This document shows, one piece after another, positions 53,409-64,000 of a stretch of 64,000 nucleotides of DNA (position 1 is its first letter; the number at the start of each line of letters is the position of its first letter). The stretch comes from Tubulanus polymorphus. Its lineage: Eukaryota > Animalia > Nemertea. Made by a program: the position numbers and the translations under genes. The notes below the pieces were generated by a model. It made no database searches, was not told where the DNA came from, and saw nothing but the letters and a program-made list of their open reading frames with translations. Location: contig NC_134035.1 in assembly GCF_964204645.1 (NCBI RefSeq), forward strand, positions 806,001-870,000. Direction: 5' to 3'.

Positions 53409-56400
53409 TTGAAATAGTGAAAAAATTGGGAGGAAAATCCATATTTATGGAAAAATGCTTAAAAAATCATACAAAAACTTTAAGAATACTAGAAAAAAAT
53501 CCCATTCATTTCTCGAACGACCAGCATCTAATGATAATGAAAATTTTGGTTTTAGTTCTCTAAAGCAAATATGCTCGGTGACAGGACCGCGAAAAGCCAC
53601 CTGGGAGGATGTTCCTTTACTGAACAGCGAACTCCAGGGCCTGGGGTAACTTAACCGATAAAGTAGTCATGGGATGCAGCTTTTCTATCCTAGCCTCACG
53701 TCGTAATGCTGAGATATTTTCCGATTGATATCAGAAAGCTTTGGAACGAGTAAAATTTCCTTCAAAATTCATAAAAATTGTGTTCACAATTCTAATGATC
53801 ATTTTATTGAAACTTTTTGCCGCTTAGGAACCCATCATACTGGTACATCGTCGATATACAATGTAGCGGACATCAATGCAGCAGAATCTACCCCGCTGAG
53901 ACACTGGTCATTTTATTGAAACTTTTTGGCGCTTAGGAACCCATCATACTGGTACATCGTCGATATACAATGTAGCGGACATCAATGCAGCCGAATCTAC
54001 CTCGCTGAGACACCCTGGTAGAACGTGACATCAAGGTACTTTGAAAGCCAAGTAAATTGTTTTCATGAAGTCTGACGATTTTTTTGTCTCAATCTTTTAG
54101 TTATGTATCTTATTGTTGGCACACTTACAATCACACGCCGATACCGAAAAGTCCATTCGATTTCACCAGCAACAACTCGATGATATTCAACCGTTTGACA
54201 TTCCGTGGTAACCAGACATCACGATGGATTTTGCAGGCATCAATAATTCGGTAACTGATGTGATATTTCGTTCAAATTTACTAGAATTATCGTATCATTA
54301 TGTTGAGGTATATTTGACGGAACAATGACAGTAGGTATCTATCTCTTTTTTTTCGAGTGTTGGGATAATTTCCGATTGACATCAAAAAGCTTTGAAATGA
54401 ATAAAATTGCATTCAAATTTCCTAAAAATTGTGTTCACAATTCTGATGATCATTTTATTGAAACTTTTTGCCGCTTAGGAACCCATCATACTGGTACATC
54501 GTCGATTCACAATGTAGCTGACATCAATGCAGCAGACTCTACCCCGCTGAGACACCCTGGTAGAACGTGACATCAAGGTACTTTGAAAGCCAAGTAAATT
54601 GTTTTCATGAAGTCTGACGATTTTTTGTCTCAATCTTTCAGCTACGTATCTTATTGTTGGCACTGTCACTTGCCGATACCGAATAGTCCATTCGATTTCA
54701 CCAGCAACAACTCGATGATATTCAACCGTTTGACATTCCGTGGTAACCAGACATCACGATGGATTTTGCAGGCATCAATAATTCGGTAACTGATGTGACA
54801 TTTCGTTCAAATTTACTAGAATTATCGTATCATTATGTTGAGGTATATTTGATGGAACAATGACAGTAGGTATCTATCTCTTTTTTTTCGAGTGTTGGGA
54901 TATTTTCCGATTGACATCAAAAAGTTGAAATAGTGAAAAATTGGGAGGAAAATTCATATTTATGGAAAAATACTTAAAAAATCATACAAAAACTTTAAGA
55001 ATACTAGAAAAAAATCCCATTCATTTCTTGAACGACCAGCATCTAATGATAATGAAAATTTTTGTTGTAGTTCTCTAAAGCAAATATGCTCGGTGACAGG
55101 ACCGCGAAAAGCCGCCTGGGAGGATGTTCCTTTATTGAACAGCGAACTCCAGGGCCTGGGGTAACTTAACCGATAGAGTAGTCATGTGCGTCATGGGATG
55201 CAGCTTTTCTATCCTAGCCTCACATCGTAATGCTGAGATATTTTCCGATTGATATCAAAAAGCTTTGGAACGAGTAAAATTTCCTTCGAAATTCATAAAA
55301 ATTGTGTTCACAATTCTGATGATCATTTTATTGAAACTTTTTGCCGCTTAGGAACCCATCATACTGGTACATCGTCGATATACAATGTAGCGGACATCAA
55401 TGCAGCAGAATCTTCCCCGCTGAGACACTGGTCATTTTATTGAAACTTTTTGCCGCTTAGGAACCCATCATACTGGTGCATCGTCGATATACAATGTAGC
55501 AGACATCAATGCAGCAGAATCTACCCCGCTGAGACACCCTGGTAGAACGTGACATCAAGGTACTTTGAAAGCCAAGTAAATTGTTTTCATGAAGTCTGAC
55601 GATTTTTTTGTCTCAATCTTTTAGTTACGTATCTTATTGTTGGCACACTTACAATCACACGCCGATACCGAATAGTCCATTCGATTTCACCAGCAACAAC
55701 TCGATGATATTCAACCGTTTGACATTGCGTGGTAACCAGACATCACGATGGATTTTGCAGGCATCAATAATTCGGTAACTGATGTGACATTTCGTTCAAA
55801 TTACTAGAATTATCGTATCATTATGTTGAGGCATATTTGACGGAACAATGACAGTAGGTATCTATCTCTTTTTTTTCGAGTGTTGGGATATTTTCCGATT
55901 GACATCAAAAAGCTTTGAAATGAATAAAATTGCATTCAAATTTCCTAAAAATTGTGTTCACAATTCTGATGATCATTTTATTGAAACTTTTTGCCGCTTA
56001 GGAACCCATCATACTGGTACATCATCGATATAAAGCCAAGTAAATTGTTTTCATGAAGTCTGACGATTTTTTGTCTCAATCTTTTAGTTACGTATCTTAT
56101 TGTTGGCACTCTTCACCTGGGAGGATGTTCCTTTACTGAACAGCGAACTCCAGGGCCTTGGGTAACTTAACCAATAGAGTAGTCATGTGCGTCATGAGAT
56201 GCAGCTTTTCTATCCTAGCCTCACATCGTAATGCTGAGATATTTTCCGATTGATATCAAAAAGCTTTGGAACGAGTAAAATTTCCTTCAAAATTCATAAA
56301 AATTGTGTTCACAATTCTGATGATCATTTTATTGAAACTTTTTGCCGCTTAGGAACCCATCATACTGGTACATCGTCGATATACAATGTAGTGGACATCA

Positions 56401-58300
56401 ATGCCGCAGAATCTACCTCGCTGAGACACCCTGGTAGAACGTGACATCAAGGTACTTTGAAAGCCAAGTAAATTGTTTTCATGAAGTCTGACGATTTTTT
56501 GTCTCAATCTTTTAGTTACGTATCTTATTGTTGGCACTCTTACAATCACACGCCGATACCGAAAAGTCCATTCGATTTCACCAGCAACAACTCGATGGTA
56601 TTCAACCGTTTGACGTTCCGTTGTAACCAGACATCACGATGGATTTTGCAGGCATCAATAATTCGGTAACTGATGTGACATTTCGTTCAAATTACTAGAA
56701 TTATCGTATCATTATGTTGAGGTATATTTGACGGAACAATGACAGTAGGTATCTATCTCTTTTTTTTCGAGTGTTGGGATATTTTCCGATTGACATCAAA
56801 AAGTTGAAATAGTGAAAAATTGGGAGGAAAATTCATATTTATGGAAAAATGCTTAAGAAATCATACAAAAACTTTAAGAATACTAGAAAAAAAATCCCAT
56901 TCATTTCTTGAACGACCAGTATCTAATGATAATGAAAATTTTGGTTGTAGTTCTCTAAAGCAAATATGCTCGGTGACAGGACCGCGAAAAGCCACCTGGG
57001 AGGATGTTCCTTTACTGAACAGCGAACTCCAGGGCCTGGGGTAACTTAACCGATAGAGTAGTCATGTGCGTCATGAGATGCAGCTTTTCTATCCTAGCCT
57101 CACATCGTAATGCTGAGATATTTTCCGATTGATATCAGAAAGCTTTGGAACGAGTCAAATTTCCTTCAAAATTCCTAAAAATTGTGTTCACAATTCTGAT
57201 GATCATTTTATTGAAACTTTTTGCCGCTTAGGAACCCATCATACTGGTACATCGTCGATTCACAATGTAGCGGACATCAATGCAGCCGAATCTACCCCGC
57301 TGAGACACTGGTCATTTATTGAAACTTTTTGCCGCTTAGGAACCCATCATACTGGTACATCGTCGATATACAATGTAGCGGACATCAATGCAGCAGAATC
57401 TACCTCGCTGAGACACCCTGGTAGAACGTGACATCAAGGTACTTTGCAAGCCAAGTAAATTGTTTTCATGAAGTCTGACGATTTTTTTGCCTCAATCTTT
57501 TAGTTACGTATCTTATTGTTGGCACACTTACAATCACAAGCCGATACCGAAAAGTCCATTCGATTTCACCAGCAACAACTCGATGATATTCAACCGTTTG
57601 ACATTCCGTGGTAACCAGACATCACGATGGATTTTGCAGGCATCAATAATTCGGTAACTGATGTGACATTTCGTTCAAATTACTAGAATTATCGTATCAT
57701 TATGTTGAGGTATATTTGACGGAACAATGACAGTAGGTATCTATCTCTTTTTTTTCGAGTGTTGGGATATTTTCCGATTGACATCAAAAAGCTTTGAAAT
57801 GAATAAAATTGCATTCAAATTTCCTAAAAATTGTGTTCACAATTCTGATGATCATTTTATTGAAACTTTTTGCCGCTTAGGAACCCATCATACTGGTACA
57901 TCATCGATATACACTGTAGCAGACATCAATGCAGCAGAATCTACCCCGCTGAGACACCCTGGTAGAACGTGACATCAAGGTACTTTGAAAGCCAAGTAAA
58001 TTGTTTTCATGAAGTCTGACGATTTTTTTGTCTCAATCTTTTAGTTACGTATCTTATTGTTGGCACTGTCACTTGCCGATACCGAATAGTCCATTCGATT
58101 TCACCAGCAACAACTCGATGATATTCAACCGTTTGACATTCCGTGGTAACCAGACATCACGATGGATTTTGCAGGCATCAATAATTCGGTAACTGATGTG
58201 ACATTTCGTTCAAATTACTAGAATTATCGTATCATTATGTTGAGGTATATTTGATGGAACAATGACAGTAGGTATCTATCTCTTTTTTTTCCGAGTGTTG
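53409..58300. repeat. ~4.9-kb hierarchical (higher-order) tandem array
   Basis: Module A (ttgaaatagtgaaaaa...) at 53409, 54925, 56804 (partial ~56114); ~110-bp module B (cattttattgaaactttttgccgcttaggaaccc...) about 10 times; module C (cctggtagaacgtgacatcaagg...) about 6-7 times; copies differ only by scattered substitutions and small indels. Confidence 0.95.
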
Positions 58301-59326
58301 TATTGAGATTATTTTTAAGGAATAGATTTTGCAATATTGATCTTTTTGGGAGGGGTCTGCGTTAGTAGTTTTTTCTTAAATCTGGAAAAAATTGCTTATT
58401 TTACAACAGTCGGATCTATATTCCTTTTTTAACTAACGAATGGAAAGGTTTCATTACAGAATTTCAATTGCTCTGAATTGTATGAAAATTGTAAAAGATC
58501 TTGGATAAAACGAATTTTCATCTAAATCATACAGTTGACTTAAAATCGCTAGCTATGTAAACTATAAACTTATCTTGTTGTCCAAATTGGGATTAGAAAA
58601 AATTTACGAATGTCTCATATTTCAAATGTTCCTTAGATTTCAGCGAATCTTATTGTTTAGTGAGTGATGAAATCGTCGTTATAGAAATGGTTTCGGAATT
58701 CGTTGATTTGTGAACGATTTTTGGACGACATTCTCGGTTGGCTGAAATTTGGAGCGATCATGAAAGAAGGCACCAGAACAATTGCAGCAATTCGATTTTG
58801 ATCAACAATCATCAACAATCAGTCTTCAAATCATGCTCTGCTAGTATCGAGTAAGAACATTTTTCTTGATCTTAGACGAATTGAAATTCCGTTCTATCCA
58901 CCCCGGTACCGCCGCGACGTGCATTGTTTTTTTACGCAGCTGCTGATTATTCAATTGTTGTCCGAGACAATACGTTGCCATGGTATCGCTACTTGTCGTC
59001 CATTGTTATCGACGGATAATAAGCGACACGTTTCTTTATTTTTTTTTTCTCGTCTTCCGGCGAAAGAATGAATTGTTTTTTTTTTTGTGTGTGTAATTTT
59101 TCTAGTATAAGACGTGCAGCGACAGTGTCTTGTAGATGTGCTGGGAAAGTCTTGTGTCTTGTAGATGTGCTGGCAGTGTCTTGTGTCTTGTGACTTCGTT
59201 TGGCGAATACGTTATATAAGGGGATAAAAGGAAAGTTAGGCTTTAGAGACTACGAACTACGAGTACGAAATAATCCGCTCCCAGTCAACTAGAAGTCATC
59301 GACAGTGATTTGTCTTCAGAAGAATT

Positions 59327-59350
59327 CATCATCATCATCATCATCATCAT
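59327..59350. repeat. (ATC)n microsatellite; others: (TA)n ~16362-16398, ~19091-19116, ~60637-60670, (GAAC)n ~37823-37850, (GAT)n ~62259-62280
   Basis: Directly visible simple repeats. Confidence 0.9.
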
Positions 59351-60635
59351 TAAAATCTGCAATTACTCGATTATCTTACACAGGTTAGTAGGCATGCTTT
59401 TGATTGATTTCCCTGATTAGCTGTTGTCAGCTCGGCTGTCACTGTCAAGGTTGATGGTTCGTCCATCCGTCTGTCAAATATTTACGAAAAATTCTAGTTA
59501 AAAACCAATAGTGTACCGGCAATGGCAGGCGAGGACTTCACCAGGTGTCGCTAGTGGTTACTGGCCTGGGTTACCGCACTAAAATTAATTTCTTTTACAT
59601 TTTTTGATCGACTTTTACGATTAGTAAATCAATTTTTAGTGAAATCTAAACCATGCACTGAGTGAGAAAGCGAATCTTATATCAATTAGATGATTCACTC
59701 GATACTTTTCGTATTTGAAAGCCTAAAAATGAAGTTTAGATTTTATTGACAATGAACTGATGTTTGCTACGAATGACCCAGTGTTTTGTGGCGCCATCTG
59801 GTGATTGCTGGTACCCCATTATGATAGATAAGCTAATAAGTAACCGGCGGTACTTATGAATATTTACATAGATTACCTAATTTGTGTGCGATCAGTTGAA
59901 GAATTAATCAGATTTCGATAATCAGTATAGAAAGAAACCGTTACTCTTAGCGACAGACTGTTGATTATTTCTTTACGAAACCGAGACGCGACTCGTTTCT
60001 TAATTCTCGAGAAAATCGGCAACAAAACTTCGATAAGAATCTACACTTTCAAAGCCGATTGCGCGTTCTATAATCACGAACTATCGGTTGATTATCGCGT
60101 TCGTCGAAAAAGTTTTGTTCGCGGATGATTATTTTTTTCGTCTCGTCGGCCGCAATCATTATCGATTGTCCGGCCGCTGTGACATCCATTGTGCCGACCG
60201 AATTATACGCCGAACATCCCCTTGTCATCGGTGAATACGACGCGATCGATCGCGCCGCGCGCCGACAAAACCACCACGTACGGCGGGGAATTCGCGTTAA
60301 ATCCCAGTCATTATCGGCACCCGATTCTAATCGAACCCCGGTCGCCGCGTCGATACCGCCGATAAAGAAGTCGTCGACAAATAACTATTTTCTCGACGAG
60401 CGAACGTATGTATAAGGTGATTAAAAAAACGACGAAACGCGCGCGTGAATGCGAGGATAATTACCGGCGTAAGAATACGGGTAATTACGCGTTGCATGCG
60501 ACGGACAATAGCCGCGTAATACGGCTATTGAAGACGGTCGTATATATCGGACTGAAATAGTTCCAATAGCGGACCCTCCTCGTCTCGAGACAATCACCGG
60601 TGACTTTTATCCGATTATTTGACGAATAACGAATC

Positions 60636-60671
<36 letters not shown>

Positions 60672-61905
60672 CTCATCATCTTAAGTCGATCTAATCCATA
60701 CACAAGGTATTCGGAGAAATCGTAATAAGTTGAGGACAATATTAATAAGTTTTTTGTTATCTGTATCGATTGATGTCGTCTTTTCCACTTTTCTCACGTA
60801 TTGTCGCGTTGTGTCGTGTCGTGTCAATCATCCGTACAATCTGCACTCATTTCATCCTGGTTTTTCTCTTCAGTTGAGATTTTGTTCCTATCCTTCGTTG
60901 ATACCCATTCAGGAGAGGTTCCTGGTGTGATGTAACAATGTAACATAGGATCTTTCCTATATCACCCATCATCAACGATAACAAACGGTTGTTTTAACAG
61001 GCGCGTTGGAAGCAATTTTTGATTGCTGCGGCCATATACCGATTTTGGACAGGTTCTAATTTGCCGCAGTTAATTAACTTAATTTTCTTCAAAAACGTAT
61101 TCAAAGAAAAAAAAAATGCCATTCAGTAATTTATTGCTGCAGCTTTGGCCGCTGCAGTCGCTATGGTTCCAACGCCACTTTTAAAGTGACATAATGGGTT
61201 AATATGTATGATATATATGGCTCAGATATGTTTTATTTTATACCACGGAATGCAATTGACTGGTGGTTAGTCTTATCGAGATATACATCGTCGGACTACA
61301 CTTGTTACCCGCGGCTGAATGCTCATTGGTCGATCTTACGCAATCCTGATTGAAAGGGTTAATTCTATCCACAATACACAGTTCGGTATATTTGAAAGAA
61401 AGGGTTAATTCCATCTACGATGAATGGTCACTTTATTGATATAATATCTGAGGTTGCGCGATGCGGCGTGTATCGCGCCGCTATCGAGAGCCGGTTCAAA
61501 CTGCTCACCGACGACGACGACGATGTCACTGCTTATCAAACGCAACTCACTGTCAAGAGCGGCGTACAATTTGTAACAACCACGAGTAGATGGATGATAA
61601 TAGGTCGAGTAGTCGCTCGGTAACTGGTGTGTCAATCGGATTACGCCCGAATAATAGCGATACGCGACGACGGCGTAGTTTTTGAGTCATCGTTGTTTCC
61701 GAACCGGTTGTCGGGACGGTCGCGCTCGCGTCACTTCGATTGAGATATCGTTCACGCTCGACGTGGCATCCACGTCGAGATTCCAACGCATAAATCTCGA
61801 TAAAAAAGAAACGAAAATATGAACGAAAAAAAAATCTTAACATGTCGGAAAGTCGTGTTTTATATCGAGAAAGTTTCGCGCATTTTGTCAGATAAAATGT
61901 CTTAA

Positions 61906-62191
61906 CCCTTTCAGTGCGTCTCTACACCGCTGTGCGGTGTATTAATCGATGATGGACCGCGCTTGTACATTGCATCGTGGAGTATTGATGTTATTGGTAT
62001 TTAGGTTTTATCTCAATTGAAAGGTGGCAGCACCTGTCAAACATATTGAAATATTAGTAATTAACGATACAGCGCACCGCGGTGTTGACGCACATAAGCG
62101 GTATGCCCTCAATTCAACACGGAGGTGGAATTTTTTTGAATTTCAAATCATCTCCAGTACTCGGGGTGATAATTAGTCCGCACTGAAAGGG
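61906..62191. mobile_element. piggyBac-like MITE (286 bp)
   Basis: TTAA followed by perfect 13-bp TIR CCCTTTCAGTGCG ... CGCACTGAAAGGG followed by TTTTAA. Confidence 0.75.
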
Positions 62192-64000
62192 TTTTAAGGT
62201 GCACACTACTCTGCCATCTATTAGCTAACGCTGTAAACAGAGCTATTCAGTGCCCGCTGATGATGATGATGATGATGATTCTAATAAGCCGGTTGTGAGT
62301 GTAGATATCATCGACGTAGATGTTTTATTCGTAGGTGTCACGTCTGTGATAGATACCCCGTTATTATCGATGACGACGCACAATACCCGCGCGCGCGCCC
62401 GGATAATGACGACTAAATCGGCTAAGCCGGTTCCCGCCGATCATTTTCCGCTGTTTTGTTCATTGTACTGTAATTGTGTCGGTCACAATGGTTCGTTCGT
62501 TCGTAAGCCGAGGTCTGACCGTATTCATAGTCGACGACGACGACGGTCGTTGTGTGAATGCGGGTATTGTGAACTCGCGCAGTACTGAGTGCAACTCTTT
62601 TATTATATGAATTCTAGTATGACATGTATATAGTTCAGGGAATATGGAAATTTTTCATGACCCCGAGACTCGATTTGTCCTGATGGATGCGAAAGTGAAA
62701 TATGGTGCGGAACGTAAACTTGACTGCACAAATATAAACCTATATCAGTTCGATCTGGAGCTAGCTTTCCCTACTGTTCTTCCCGCATTACGATATGAGT
62801 CCACGGTGGCCACTTAGCTGGAAATATGTTAACCACGGAAGAGTCAGGGAATCTTGTAAAATAGCTGAAAATCAGGGAAAGTCAGGAAAATTTGTTGAGA
62901 TTGTTAGATTTAAATCAAACAGTTCTGTCTATGTCTTACATATTTGACTGTGTTAATTGATTGGATACTTAGCAGATCAAGTCAGGAAAAACAACGTCCA
63001 CGTCAGGGAATAGTCAGGGAAAAAGGGAGTCAAATAAAAGTTATCATCTTTTTTAAGAGTTAAATTTAATAAATCAATTTAATTTTCTACTTGACAACAC
63101 CAGTAAACTGTCCTCGGTCTCAATTAAGACAATCTTCATGGACTGAAACGCGATTGGACATTGTTCGACGTAATAAACATCCGCGTATATGCGTTAGCCG
63201 ATCGAAAAAGCCATAAAAATAAGAGCTTCCTGAAATTTTTCCATTCGCTCGTGACAATAGGGACAAAAGCCATTTAATTCCAGGCGTGATTAGTGAATGC
63301 GCTGTTGTCGATAGAGAGCTTCAGTGCTTCTAAACTATAAATAATCTCCAACAATAGCTACGAACAATTGTCCCGTACTGAAAGTATTGTCATAAATATA
63401 TATATATCTATGCATGTGTGTGTTATGTGTTGTATACATACAACAACAACAACGGTTTCTCTGGTTTTATCGTAAATCTCTCGTATCCCTAACGACGACC
63501 GACGTTCGACCACCGGTTATTGTTGTCCCACGGAAACAGTGTTTCTGACGTTTTTCCGCATAAAAACATCGGTAAGTTTTTCTTTTTTCATTCTGACTTG
63601 TGAAATGATTTTCGATCGGATTTGTTGTTTTTTGATATTCATATCTACACTTTTTTGCTAGCTCTACTTCTTGTTCAGGGTCAAATTTTTTCAGTGCCGT
63701 TTTTCATTTTGTCAGCAGAGGAAATTGGTTTATTTCAATGCCGGAGTTCGCCTAACATTGCCTTTTCGGATATCAAAGTACCCTTTTGGTATGTGACAAG
63801 TTCTTAGAAATTGGCTTCTGGGTCCGTCCATGTTGTTAGATGCCTGGACTTGGCTTACGACATGAGAGGGGTCAACTCTATTGATTCGTGGCAGTATCCA
63901 ACAGCGTACGGTCGAAATCTATTCGAATAGTTTCAACTCTGGTGGAAATAACCGGATGTTTTTGAAACGGTACCAGCTTTTAATTTGCCCTCGCTCCTAT

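Noticed and set aside
54443-54470. CTGATGA...GAAAC hammerhead-like motif repeated in the large satellite
   Set aside because: The intervening tcattttatt cannot form stem II and no stem III/NUH site follows.
53455-57972. Repeated 60-100 aa ORFs in the satellite, one vaguely like a Tc1 N-terminus (LRQKIVRLHE)
   Set aside because: Frames are broken by indels between copies and no DDE or other domain follows; by-products of the repeat.
59494-59535. Possible Helitron 3' end (imperfect hairpin near CTAG, minus strand)
   Set aside because: Hairpin is mismatched, spacing atypical and no matching 5' end identified.

Overview
Eukaryotic (animal, probably marine invertebrate/spiralian-like; taxon is inference) AT-rich genomic DNA with GT-AG introns. 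I hand-assembled four complete spliced genes whose exon phases close without frameshift: (1) a minus-strand secreted astacin (M12A) metalloprotease with five C-terminal ShK domains (9 exons, ~611 aa, 9638->6246); (2) a plus-strand secreted ~1009-aa protein with ~21-22 LRRs fused, via an RVRR convertase site, to a trypsin-fold domain that has lost all three catalytic residues (21946-25842); (3) a 20-exon ~1334-aa putative RNA-binding protein with 2 RRMs, 3 U1/matrin-like C2H2 zinc fingers and a long R/D/G/N-rich disordered tail (27848-44335), including a 25-nt microexon; (4) SKP1 (46518-48468). A partial, unidentified minus-strand gene runs off the left edge. Non-coding DNA carries many small mobile elements (Harbinger-like, hAT-like with 5-bp TSD and piggyBac-like MITEs, a foldback element with a nested LINE tail, a CR1/L2-group LINE 3' end, a Penelope/hammerhead-like remnant in a SKP1 intron, a tRNA-derived relic), two intronic minisatellites (66 bp and 56 bp units) and a ~4.9-kb hierarchical satellite. 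The most unusual candidate system is the LRR/pseudoprotease fusion. No database searches were possible, so novelty is unverified.
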